Positions 25,957-38,439 of a stretch of DNA of 64,000 bases are shown here, in pieces. The stretch is from the NCBI GenBank assembly GCA_002269645.1, contig NIVC01000397.1, positions 1 through 64,000 of the forward strand, read 5' to 3'. Each line of letters begins with the position of its first letter. Within the stretch, counting starts at the first letter, position 1. The notes below the pieces were generated by a model that was given only the letters and a program-made list of their open reading frames with translations, was not told the origin of the DNA and made no database searches. The translations under genes were made by a program, and so were the position numbers. Source of the stretch: Macrostomum lignano. Its lineage: Eukaryota.

Positions 25957-26425
25957 CTAAGCTAAAGCTTAAAACCCCTTCAAGCTCGCGGGTCTAAGGG
26001 ACCTATGCACTGGGTTTTCAAGTTAAGACACCTTCCTTTAGCACAGCAGCCACCCCTCCACTCAGTCAGTCAGTCAGGCAGAGGCAAGGCTATAATGCTT
26101 AGAATAATTTTGCCAAGAAAAGCAAGGGCCAAATTTAACTATTTGACGTTCACTATGCTTGTAAATCTTAGAGACCGTTCGCCGTGATTGTTTACCCAGT
26201 CCCTAATATTGCGCTTGCGAAGCCAGTCTCTGTTCAGACCTTTTTAAGCTAGCAGGTCATTATCGCTACACACCTGTCAGTCAGAATCTCCTCAGAATTT
26301 ACAAATATTGACCGTTTAACGCTAATAGATTGATAGGTTGATTAGTATTGTAATTATCACTCTTCGAAAACCTTAACTTGTCTTAAGAAATAAGACAACG
26401 CTTACCTTTGTTCGGACTATTGAAT

Positions 26426-28393
26426 TCACAGGAAGGTGGTCGAGTCGGGACCAGGTCTCTGCTGCATCTTCGGGTAGCCGGTAATGGTCTTGTCGCCAAG
26501 AGCAAAGTGCTGCTGCTGATGCTGTTGAAATGGTGGCTGCAGCTGTTGGTAATGATGATGCTGCTGCTGCTGCTGCTGCATCGGATGCTGCTTGGTCCAG
26601 CCGTTTGGCGAAGCTGCTCCACCATTGAGATGCTGAGCCTGCTGCTGGTACTGCTGCTGATGCTGCTGCGGAAGCGGCGGCAGAGCGGCCTCCGGAGCGG
26701 AACCGCAGGCTGCCTTCCGGTAGTGAGCGGCGCTGCGTCCCGGCAGCAGGAAGCTGCGCCAAGAGTTGACTGTCTTGCAGCTCCAGATCCACAGCACCGT
26801 GGTGAGACCGATGGCCAGAGAAGCGAACACCTTGATGAGGAAGGCGGCCACGCTGGGGCGGAACGGACTGCCAGGCAGGTGCCACAGGTCGCGATTGGAG
26901 AACTCGTAGAAATTGAAGCCAGTCAAGCAAGCGGTTGGAACGATGTAGAGCGCCGAGAACAGACCGATTTTGCCCATTAGCACGTCGAATTTGTTCGTCT
27001 TCTGGCCGTCAGATTTCACGTGTCGACGGACTCGCGACATGGCGACGAAGCCGGCGACTAGGAAGACGGCCTCGAGCAGCAGGAAGAGCAGGTTGGGCAC
27101 GATCACGAAGCCGAGAAGCATGTCGCTGCTCTGGTGGCCAACGTTGCACATGCCGAACAGTTCGTCGGCTTCCACGCGGCGAAGGATGAGTACGGCGACA
27201 GTCAGGCCGACTGGCAGAATCCAGGCGGGCAGGTGAAAATAGCAGGACCGCTTGGCCACAGCCTCCGGGCTCCACTTCCAGCCGGCCTGCAGCAGCCAGG
27301 TAAACACCAGGATAACGTACCAGACGTTGGCAGCCGTGCTAAAGAAGTACTGCAGTAAGAAGACAACGGCGCAGTTGGTGTTGTCCAGACCCTGGCGGAT
27401 GAGCACCAGCTGACCTGTGAGAGGATCGCGGTCGCAGGCGGCCGTCTCCCGGCCAGCGATGAGGCGGACAAAGTACGAGATGCTGTAGCACAGGTAGCAG
27501 AGCGCCATGAACACAACGGGCCGCACCGGATACTTGAACCTGGGCCTGTCGATTAGGAAAGTCAAGATGGTGGCCAGGGAGCTGAACGCGCACAGGCTGG
27601 CTAGGACGCCGATCCAGATGTCGGCGAGGCGCTTGTCCTCCTCGCTGAACAGATCATGGCCGTTGCAGCGCAGCGCGCAGTCGCCAGTGTGGTTGATGTA
27701 CGCGTACTGCCGGTTGTTGCGCATGTGGCGGCAGTCCGGCTGGAAGGACTTGGCCCGAACTGCCGCTCGCCAGGCGCGCAGACGCTCGTTCCAATCGATG
27801 TTAGATTCCGCAGCACCTCCATCGACATCTTTTGACGGAGGCCGAACAGCCGGTCCGTTCGATGGGTAGCGATAGTCGAGACCGCTGCCCTCCGGCCAGA
27901 AAGACTTCGACGTTGACGAGTCGTCCAGATCGCTTTCCGGACTGCCCTCCATGCACATGTCGTCGCCGCGCTGGTTGCTGATTGGGAATCGGGTGCAGTT
28001 GAGGAAAGTCGGCCATTTGAAGCCGAACTTCTCCAGCACGGGCAGGCATCGGTGCTGGACGCGTTCGCACAGCGGCCGGCACGGGCCGATGGGTTTCGGC
28101 CACTTGGCGTCGCACATTGGCATCAGGACGCTGCACAGGAAGAACTTGAGATTGCGCGAGCACTGATACGAGATGAGTGGGGAGAACGTGCTCAACAGAA
28201 CTTCGGCGTCGCGCGGGTCGCTGTGACCGGCCAAGTTTTGCAACTTCGTTGTCTGATTATAGCCGATGTTCTGGCAAACTTCAATCGATATTGGCTCGCA
28301 TTTGTGCTGGCTGAACTCCAGAGCCGCGATGGCTGCGGGCGACGCTAGCAAGATCAGCAGTAGAAGATGACAGTGCAGTGGTTGCAGTGACAT
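26426..28393 (-). CDS. FZD4: Frizzled receptor, FZD4-like, intronless, 655 aa
   Basis: Signal peptide; 10-Cys CRD (CEPISIEVCQNIGYN...GPCRPLC...MCMEG); 7 TM segments; KTxxxW (KTVNSW); C-terminal TFL. The CRD is closer to FZD4 than to FZD9/10 by recalled motifs. Confidence 0.95.
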   Translation of the reverse strand: MSLQPLHCHLLLLILLASPAAIAALEFSQHKCEPISIEVCQNIGYNQTTKLQNLAGHSDPRDAEVLLSTFSPLISYQCSRNLKFFLCSVLMPMCDAKWPKPIGPCRPLCERVQHRCLPVLEKFGFKWPTFLNCTRFPISNQRGDDMCMEGSPESDLDDSSTSKSFWPEGSGLDYRYPSNGPAVRPPSKDVDGGAAESNIDWNERLRAWRAAVRAKSFQPDCRHMRNNRQYAYINHTGDCALRCNGHDLFSEEDKRLADIWIGVLASLCAFSSLATILTFLIDRPRFKYPVRPVVFMALCYLCYSISYFVRLIAGRETAACDRDPLTGQLVLIRQGLDNTNCAVVFLLQYFFSTAANVWYVILVFTWLLQAGWKWSPEAVAKRSCYFHLPAWILPVGLTVAVLILRRVEADELFGMCNVGHQSSDMLLGFVIVPNLLFLLLEAVFLVAGFVAMSRVRRHVKSDGQKTNKFDVLMGKIGLFSALYIVPTACLTGFNFYEFSNRDLWHLPGSPFRPSVAAFLIKVFASLAIGLTTVLWIWSCKTVNSWRSFLLPGRSAAHYRKAACGSAPEAALPPLPQQHQQQYQQQAQHLNGGAASPNGWTKQHPMQQQQQQHHHYQQLQPPFQQHQQQHFALGDKTITGYPKMQQRPGPDSTTFL

Positions 28394-31300
28394 CTCGATG
28401 CGTTCGTCCTTGTTCTCTTTAATAAAATCGAGCTATCCTATCTATGGTCTTATGAAAGAAAGCTATTAGCTTTGACAAGAGACAAGGCGCTCGCGCGTGT
28501 GTGTGTGGGTATCCCCCGATTCTCTTTTGTAAGCCTGCTTTTATTCCGAAGAAATGGGTTGGTGAGGTGAGTGACGTGTGTGCCTAGCCAATGAGGTCTG
28601 CCAGCGAATTAGATAGGGGCTAACTAAAAAGCAAGCTGAGAAAGGCGGGCAGTAGCTGCCTCTCAGTCGACAGACAAGTCTGGTGGGGCTTTTGCCTGCC
28701 TGTCTGCCCTCCCTGCCACCCCACAGTTCCGGATGGTAGCTTGTCAGTCAGTATGGGGCGCCCATCAGTTTTTGGAAGCAATTGAGGTCCACGGAGGTAG
28801 GGCTGTCAATAATTCCTCTCTCTCTATCCCTTCATCTCCTCTTCTCCCCCATAACCCGCTTCTGTCTCCTCCACCCATCAAACAAAACTATAGACTGCGT
28901 GCATAGCTGAGATTTGAACTGGCTTTCCTCAGCTGCCGCCTCAACTTGCTCTGTCAGCAATGGGCTCCGGCGGTTCCTTCCTGGCCGGGGTCTTCACGTC
29001 GGCTTGTTTGAATTTTGAGTACAGTTGGAGTTGAAGCCTGGCAGTGGCTGCCTCTCTGCCTCTGGGTGTGTGGAGTGTGTGTGTGTGGCCTCCGCTCGTC
29101 GACCATTTGTTTGTCTTTAATTTATATTCCGAAGCTTCATTTTCTCTGCTTGTGAAACGGACCCTCCGAAGCCGCTCCTGCGCGCACACACACACGTCGG
29201 TAGGCAAACACACGGGGAGTCCTGACAAAACAAAGCCTCGGCTTGGTCATAGCGGCCTGGAACTTGGGGCTGAGTCGTCCCAAACCCACCCAATCCTTCT
29301 CACACTCGAGACAAGAGCAGCAGGATTGAGTGATTGATTGAGCCAGCGAGTGAGTAAGTGAGAGTTTCGGGAGAACAGGCGGAAGATTGGGATCAACCTA
29401 TTACACAGAACTGTAAAACCAAAAAAGACAACGGCAAACCGAAGCCCCTTCCTGTACTGCCAAAACCCTTGAGCACATCGACCTTCACCGTGTGTTTGCT
29501 TTCCACTCAAGCCAGCTAGGCCAGGTACGAATCGAGAGCGAACGGACCTTATTTTTCCCTTCTAAGCCACAACAGGCAGCGGTCCCTTCTTCTCTCTTTG
29601 TCTCTCGCGTTGCTCAACTTGCTCGCTGAAAATTTGCTCAGATTTCGGTTTGCTCATTCATTGTTTGCCTTCATATAGACATGTATAGCTGCGACGCTCA
29701 GAGACCCACTACGGTAGATATCGTACGACCATTATACGACTACGGAAACCCATTGCTCAAGCTTTTGTGTTTGCTGAAGAACCACAAGGGAGAGAGTGGG
29801 GTGAGCTCTCCTAAACTGCAGCGTCAACAGCCTCACTCAATTATCGGTAGATTTTAGAACTCACTGCGCCAGTGTGACTCATCAAAACGATTCGCATACT
29901 GATTATCACCTTCAGATGCAATTTAAGTAAGCGACTGTGCAAAAGGTGCGAATACTGACTGATGAGCCCTAATTAGAGAGGACGGGACTGATATCATGAT
30001 TCTGTTTCAAGCCGAAATACACCAAATTATCTTTTATCCAATTTTCACCCCGGGGTGCAGAGGGCAGGGTGCGATTCGCAGCCATGAAGGCCAACCCCCA
30101 AGGCACAGGGAGTGTACATGCCTGACCCTACGGCTGCACAGTGTGCAACAGTTTCCCTGACTGTACAACAGTCAGGAGTCAGCGGAATGGGCAGAATTGA
30201 TTTCAGTGGGACGTCGCCGAAGGTAATCGCAACCTTCCTGCTAGCTCGTATTGTTCGTCTTTTTTATTACCCCGCCGCGGTCTAGGAAATTGCTTTCGAT
30301 ACAAATCAGAAGTCATGAACTTGCTCAATAATATGAAGCAATGCTAGGCAACAATGAAAGTTAATTAAGTTTAAAGGTTGGGGATACCTATATAGACTTA
30401 CTAATTCTTCCTGACACAGCTTAGTCAGCCAACCCCTCTCGGCCTCACAAGTCGGAGTCAGCGTCAGCAGCAAAGGCACGTTCTGTGCAATTCCAACACG
30501 CAAGCACGCGCACCGGTTCTGTGATTCTGACCGCATCGAACCATCAGGGACTAGCCATATCCAGTCTCACAGTATTCACCCTACTAGTATAACTATAAGC
30601 GCGGGGGCAAAAAAGTTTTCTTCTCGCTCGTCGTCAGAAAAAATGCTTTTTTTCAAAGCAGACGCTGCGGCACATACAGAGATAGCATTATCTTCCAGGG
30701 GCAGACGGGAGTTCGGCTAGGTAAGATCCTGAAAACGGAACCTTCCAGGCGATGCCTTGTCTGGCCCTCGGTGGCCCCCCGACCCAAGCCAAGAAAACCT
30801 TCAAAAAGAGTCTGGATTGCCAAGTATTTTCTAGACACTTCAAGACACTAGAATGCAGTGTCTTGCTTGACAAACTCATTTCGTCAGTTAGCGAATAAGC
30901 AAAGATGAGATCACTTGATTTAATAGCGAGATTTGATAAACTACAATTTAACATCAATCAATCACTTGCACGTTTTCAGGATCTACAAACTTGGGAAAGT
31001 TGAGTTGTCAATCCGGATAATCGTTCAAAGTCTCCTTTGCTTCATCTTCTTCCCTCACCCCTTTCCCCCCGTCTGCTCGATGCCTTCAACCCTCAAAGTT
31101 GAAGAAAGGACACGTCAAACCGTCAAAAAACCTGGCATCTGCATGGCGCCCCCCGGATCCTCCTCAGCCCGCGCCCAGACACAACAGGGGGTCGGGGTCG
31201 GACTTGCCCCCCCCCCTGTCCCGATGGACAAGAATACCCAATCCCCCCGTAGGAAAGTCTGCGCAACAATAAGGCTAAGTATTTAGGTAAGCAAGTAAAA

Positions 31301-32065
31301 AAGCATAGCTCGTATGTAAGAATCGTCGGGAAAGTGGAGGGGAAGTCTGCAATGCTCGACTAACCCAACCTCCCGCTGTGCATTGCTTGAACACTGTTTG
31401 GGAACACACCTAAAATATTTAATTGTCCACTTTCACAAAACCTAAATTTATAAGAACTAAACTTCAGAGAGACCTAAAGAATATGAGACCTAATCTTGAT
31501 GAGACCTAAAATTCATGAGACCTAAACTTTGTGACCTAAACTTCATGAAATCTAAAACTCATGAGACCTAAACTTAATGGTATAACCCTCTTCAATTAGA
31601 GAGTATTTTGGCTCAATTCCTCGTCTCTCTTGGAGCCCCATCCCCTCGGGCAAAGTTGTGAGTCTTGTAGACTGCGTATGCAATTATATATACTGGTTGT
31701 GCAATTGGACAACATGCACCCGGACCCCATGGGGGTTGGGGCGCCGATCCCTTTTTCTTCGCATCTTTCATTCTAAAGTCCTTCCATAGCCAGCAGGTCT
31801 AATAAATGCTATTTATCAAACATCTTGCTGGGTCCTTGAGAACACAATAGAAATTTGAAGGCGCAGAACGCTTGGCTGGCTTTTCTCGAACTTGTTGTTG
31901 GTCTCTCTTTTTCCACATTTTTTATTGTAAGTCCCATGGGATCTTGCCACAGGATTTGAAGAGCCATGACCCTCATGTGTATTTATTTGGGCGGTTTTGG
32001 ATTTTTCAAATATTTTTTCTTTCTTCGAGTAAATTGGATTGGGGTAATACTATTACTATGTAAGA

Positions 32066-32710
32066 GTTTGGCGCTTCAGTCATGATTTCGGCGCTTCAGC
32101 CATGATTTCGGCGCTTCAGCCATGATTTCGGCGCTTCAGTCATGATTTCGGCGCTTCAGCCATGATTTCGGCGCTTCAGCCATGATTTCGGCGCTTCAGT
32201 CATGATTTCGGCGCTTCAGTTATGATTTCGGCGCTTCAGTTATGATTTTGGCGCTTCAGTCATGATTTCGACGCTTCAGTCATGATTTCGGCGCTTCAGT
32301 TATGATTTCGGCGCTTCAGTTATGATTTTGGCGCTTCAGCCATGATTTCGGCGCTTCAGCCATGATTTTGGCGCTTCAGTTATGATTTTGGCGCTTCAGC
32401 CATGATTTCGGCGCTTCAGTCATGATTTCGGCGCTTCAGTCATGATTTCGGCGCTTCAGTCATGATTTCGGCGCTTCAGTTATGATTTCGGCGCTTTAGT
32501 CATGATTTCGGCGCTTCAGTTATGATTTCGGCGCTTCAGTCATGATTTCGGCGCTTCAGTCATGATTTCGGCGCTTTAGCCATGATTTTGGCGCTTCAGT
32601 CATAATTTCGGCGCTTTAGCCATGATTTTGGCGCTTCAGTCATGATTTCGGCGCTTCAGTCATGATTTCGGCGCTTCAGTCATGATTTCGGCGCTTCAGT
32701 CATGATTTCA
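32066..32710. repeat. 20-bp minisatellite CGGCGCTTCAGTCATGATTT
   Basis: About 32 copies. Confidence 0.95.
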
Positions 32711-32730
32711 GAGCCTCTTGTCCCGGTTGT

Positions 32731-32911
32731 GGCGCCAACCAAATCCCAATTAGGCGCCAACCAAATCCCAATTAAGCGCCAACCAAATCCCAATTAGGCG
32801 CCAACTATATCCCAATTAAGCGCCAACCAAATCCCAATTAGGCGCCAACCAAATCCCAATTAGGCGCCAACCAAATCCCAATTAGGCGCCAACTATATCC
32901 ATATTAGGCGC
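32731..32911. repeat. 22-bp minisatellite GGCGCCAACCAAATCCCAATTA
   Basis: About 8 copies. Confidence 0.92.
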
Positions 32912-33699
32912 TATAAACTACGCAACAAACTACGCCAGAATTTTTGGCACTTTTCGAAGCGCGTGACGGACTTCTAAAACGAGATCACTCGATCAAAGAT
33001 CGCAGTTCCAATCCGGTTAAAAGTCAAGTTGACATGAAATTATTTTTGGAAGAAACGATTTCGCAATGGTTCGCCTGTTTACTAATGGGGGGTGGGGGTT
33101 GGGCAATTGGCAACAAGCTGGTCACCTGTGAAATTTATGATTACATATCGATGCAAAAGGAGTGGGAAAGTTAACATTAAACTCGGACTAGTGAGCCTGT
33201 GTGATCAAATTTCTTGACTCGGAAACAGCATAGCAACCAGCTTATAAGCGTTGAAATTCCACCTGATCTTCAGTTTCATTCATGTATTTGGGAATCAGAT
33301 GGTCGTCAAGGCTCAACACGCATCGTAAATGGGGATCTGTCAAGCTCTAAGATCCCCAGATACTGTGTAGGATGAGTCATGTATTGTGACAGGTTCGCAA
33401 CAGCAATTGATTTGAAAAAAATGAAATCCACTGACTGATTTAAAATGATTTTACAATGAAATTTTCTCAATGTAATAATTATTTTGAAACAATAGATTAA
33501 CAGGCAAAAATTGATGCTATTGTTTTCTGTTAACAATATGCAGTATTTCCATACAGTCTGCTTTTTAAAGCAGGAAAGCAGGACTTGATTGAAAAATGCA
33601 CGATTTCAGGTGATGAGTCACATTTTTTATTTGACACTGTTGAATGAGATGAAATTTAAATGGATAAAGAACTGCGTTTGCTGTTACTCGATTGAGGAT

Positions 33700-35140
33700 G
33701 CTGGGACAGGGCATACAGACACTGGGATAGGGCTTACAGATACTGGGATAAAGCTTAGAGACACTGGGATGGGGCTTACAGACACTGGGATGGGGCTTAC
33801 AGACACTGGGATAAAGCTTAGAGACACTGGGACAGGGCATACAGACACTGGAAAGCCCTAGCTTACAGATACTGGAATAGGGCTTACAGACACTGGGATA
33901 GGGCTTACAGATACTGGGATAGGGCTTACAGACACTGGGATAGGGCTTACAGACACTGGGATAGGGCTTACAGACACTGGGATAGGGCTTAGACACTGGG
34001 ATAGGGCTTAGACACTGGGATAGGGCTTAGACACTGGGATAGGGCTTAGACACTGGGATGGGGCTTACAGACACTGGGATGGGGCTTACAGACACTGGGA
34101 TAAAGCTTAGAGACACTGGGATGGGGCTTACAGACACTGGGATGGGGCTTACAGACACTGGGATAAAGCTTAGAGACACTGGGACAGGGCATACAGACAC
34201 TGGAAAGCCCTAGCTTACAGATACTGGGATAGGGCTTACAGACTCTGGGATAGGGTTTACAGACACTGGGATAGGGCTTACAGATACTGGGATAGGGCTT
34301 ACAGATACTGGGATAGGGCTTAGACACTGGGATAGGGCTTAGACACTGGGATAGGGCTTAGACACTGGGATAGGGCTTACAGACACTGGGATAGGGCTTA
34401 GACACTGGGATAGGGCTTAGAGACACTGATCTAGGGCTTAGAAAAACTGATCTAGGGCTTAGAGACACTATGATAGGGCTTAGAGACACTGGGATAGGGC
34501 TTAGAGACACTGATCTAGGGCTTAGAAAAACTGATCTAGGGCTTAGAGACACTATGATAGGGCTTAGAGACACTGGGATAGGGCTTAGAGACACTGATCT
34601 AGGGCTTAGAAAAACTGATCTAGGGCTTAGAGACACTATGATAGGGCTTAGAGACACTGATCTAGGGCTTAGAGACACTGATCTAGGGCTTAGAGACACT
34701 GGGATAGGGCTTAGAGACACTGGGATAGGGCTTAGAGACACTGATCTAGGGCTTAGAGACACTGATCTAGGGCTTAGAGACACTGATCTAGGGCTTAGAG
34801 ACACTATGATAGGGCTTAGACACACTGGGATAGGGCTTAGAGACACTGATCTAGGGCTTAGAAAAACTGATCTAGGGCTTAGAGACACTATGATAGGGCT
34901 TGGAGACACTGGGATAGGGCTTAGAGACACTGATCTAGGGCTTAGAGACACTGATCTAGGGCTTAGAAAAACTGATCTAGGGCTTAGAGACACTATGATA
35001 GGGCTTAGAGACACTGGGATAGGGCTTAGAGACACTGGGATAGGGCTTAGAGACACTATGATAGGGCTTAGAGACACTGGGATAGGGCTTAGAGACACTG
35101 GGATAGGGCTTAGAGACACTGGGATAGTGCTTAGACACTG
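33700..35140. repeat. ~21-bp minisatellite GACACTGGGATAGGGCTTA(CA/GA)
   Basis: About 68 copies with a variant gradient along the array. Confidence 0.95.
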
Positions 35141-35689
35141 GGAGAAGACTTAAAGGCGCGGGAGACCGATTTTTCAAGTGAAGCCTGATAAATGCCAATT
35201 CAATACCCCCTCCCAAATCTAAACGCTCGCGCAGATCTGCTCAAAAATGTATTCCACACGACGGGATTTTATGTTCCGCCTAAACCAGAATATTTGGCAG
35301 GTAAATTATTATAAGCTGATTGATTGATCGATTGATCAGGTGGAAGTTTGTAACCCTTCTGGGAAAAAGCGCACACGCAAAACACTCCCAATACTGGCTC
35401 GCGATGAGGGCAGAGGTGGGATGGGACACGGGGGCCCTTCGGACGATGCGCTGTGCGGAGATATATAAGTTTTATGAAGATGATTTATGATCCTGGCACG
35501 CCAACCCGTCGACAGCTGGGGTGTGTGGTTGGAAAATTTGCTAACCAGTAAGTAAGCCAGGATTACCTAGCGAGAATCGCTATTTAAATTTTAGACTCAA
35601 GCCATAAACTGAAAATTAAAAAATATATTTTAACAAAACTTTTCAACACTGATTTAATTATTTCTTATAGCTAACTTTTATTCACAACA

Positions 35690-36340
35690 TTCACATCATT
35701 CGCCGTACAGTACTTTTATTCACAATCCTCGATTCACAGTCTCTACATCCACAACCCCATCATTCACAATTCCTCCCCCTCCATTCACAATTCCTCTATT
35801 CACAATCCCTCTTTTCACAATCCCTCCATTCACACTCCTTCCATTCACAATGTCTTTATTCACAATCCTTTAATTCACGATCCTTCTATTTACAATCCCT
35901 CTATTCACAATCCCTCTTTTCACAATCCCTCCATTCACAATCCCTCTATTCACAATCCATCCCTCTATTCACAATCCTTCCATTCACAATCCTTTAATTC
36001 ACAATCCTTCCATTCACAATCCCTCTATTCACAATCGCCCCATTCACAATCCTTCCATTCACAATCCCTCTATTCACAATCGCCCCATTCACAATCCTTC
36101 CATTCACAATCCTTCCATTCACAATTCCTTTATTCACAATCGCCCCATTCACAATTCTTTAATTCACAATTCATCCATTCACAATCACTCTATTCACAAT
36201 CCTTCCATTCACAATCCTTCCATTCACAATCCTTCCATTCACAATCCTTCCATTCACAATCCTTCTATTCACAATCCTTTAATTCACAATCCTTCCATTC
36301 ACAATTCATCCATTCACAATCACTCTATTCACAATCGCTC
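35690..36340. repeat. 15-bp minisatellite CATTCACAATCCTTC
   Basis: Direct reading. Confidence 0.92.
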
Positions 36341-36974
36341 CACTCCCAATGCTCTCAGGCCCTACTATCCTACGCTTCATTCTGTCACCAAACGCTCCTG
36401 CTGTCAAGTTGCCGGACCCCCAACGAAAAAACTTCGTCAATTCACTCCAAACGATTTTCATGGCCGGTTTTTTTCATTCCGAAATGTCACTCAACAGAGC
36501 CACCCCAACCGCAGCTGACAGCCGGGCTTTTAACAGACAAACGGAATTGAAGGCCGAATCGAAGCCAAGCGAAAAAAATCAAATTCCCGAACGCAAAAAC
36601 TGAAGCGACAGCCGACAAAAAGTGGACAAAAAATTTTCATTTCCAATTTTCTCCTTCAATACCTTACGTTTCCAGCCATCTGCCGCTGCTATTGACGAAT
36701 GGAATCGGATGGGGAAAAAGTCTTGATATTAGCCCTAAACCCAAATCCCTCAAACGAAGCTAAGGGCTGGTCTTTGTTTGAAATGGAGATCTGGGGGCTA
36801 AATCTATAGACGACGAATATTGGTTCAAGTCGCATTGAAGGGAAAAGGAAAAATGGGAGACGTTGATGATGGAGGCTGGGGGTGGTTTTCTATGACGTGT
36901 CTCGGGAAGCGAAAGCTCGAGGAGTCAGATAGCTTTGTACAAGGAGGCCTTAAGTTATAGAAGTCTGGCAAGTC

Positions 36975-37610
36975 TCTTGCTTGGCGCCCATGTCTCTTGA
37001 TTGGCGCCCCTCTCTTTTGGTTGGCGCCACTTTCTTTTGGTTGGCGCCCCCGTCTCTTGGTTGGCGCCCCTTTCTTTTGGTTGGCGCCCCTGTCTCTTGT
37101 TTGGCGCCCCTTTCTTTTGGTTGGCGCCCCTGTCTCTTGCTTGGCGCCCCTTTCTTTTGGTTGGCGCCCTTGTCTCTTGCTTGGCGCCCCTTTCTTTTGG
37201 TTGGCGCCCTTGTCTCTTGCTTGGCGCCCCTTTCTTTTGGTTGGCGCCCTTGTCTCTTGCTTGGCGCCCCTTTCTTTTGGTTGGCGCCCCTTTCTTTTGG
37301 TTGGCGCCCCCGTCTCTTGGTTGGCGCCCCTGTTTCTTGGTTGGCGCCCCTGTCTCTTGGTTAGCGCCACTGTCTCTTAGCTTGGCGCCCCTGACTCCTA
37401 GGTTGGCGCCCCTGACTCCTAGGTTGGCGCGTCTGACTCCTAGGTTGGCGCGTCTGACTCCTAGGTTGGCGCGTCTGATTCCTAGGTTGGCGCGTCTGAC
37501 TCCTAGGTTGGCGCGTCTGACTCCTAGTTTGGCGCGTCTGATTCCTAGGTTGGCGCGTCTGACTCCTAGGTTGGCGCGTCTGACTCCTAGGTTGGCGCGC
37601 CTGTCTCTTG
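36975..37610. repeat. GGTTGGCGC-core minisatellites (20-bp then 21-bp units)
   Basis: TTGGCGCCCCTTTCTTTTGG / TTGGCGCCCCTGTCTCTTGC, then TTGGCGCGTCTGACTCCTAGG. Confidence 0.93.
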
Positions 37611-38439
37611 GCGGGCTTCCCTACCCCCTGTCTCCTAGTCAGGAGGATGACACGCCCAAGGTGGCAAAAGTTGACCTTCTGACATTCATCCAGCTTGGTT
37701 ACCCCTTTCATTAAGCTTTTCGTGGAGCCGCTGAGCTTGCCACGCTCCAGATCCCAGATCTCAGAGCTCCCTTGCTTTGTCCCGTTCCCACGGGAAACGG
37801 AGGATAAAGGAGAACTGCAGAGACAAACTAGAGAGGCCTGGTGCTGGTTGGGATTTGGCTGACGTGGGGTGGCGCAGCTGTTTATGCAAATCGCAACACT
37901 CTCCCATCTAGTGGAGCTCGAACCAACGGACCGACACATCGCGGGGTCTGAAACCCCCCCAGCCACTAATTTTCCCCGGGCGATATTGATATCCCCAAAT
38001 CCCAGAACGGACGGCCTGCTCGATGCTCCTTTGTTCTCCCTTCAGCCGGGCATTTTAAATTGGAACACAGGGCCAACTCGCCTCTCAGCCTACAGTGCTG
38101 GAAGAGTGTGACTTGGCCTGCTTGATAAATCAGGGCTTTGGGCATTAATATTATTATCCGAAAATTGATTCAAGAAGGGAGGATTGAGGAAACGGGAAAT
38201 CTGGTTTGTCCGCCCCCCCCTCCCCGGGGATTAAAGAAGATTAACAGAAGCTCGGCTTTGACTTCTCCGCCAGCCGTTGAGAAACAAAGAGCTGAGCGTT
38301 CTCCTGCCTTCCGGATCAAGAAACTTATTCAATTTCCGCATAGCGTTTAAAAGTTTTGCCTGCTGCTGCTGAAAGCAGTCCTAGCGACTTGGCAAGCAGT
38401 TTCGACCAAATCAACCGTAATGAGCGACGAAATGAAAAG

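Noticed and set aside
29957-30020. CTGATGAG...CGAAA hammerhead-like core (also at 42684)
   Set aside because: Stem II does not pair, and no stems I/III or NUH site could be assigned
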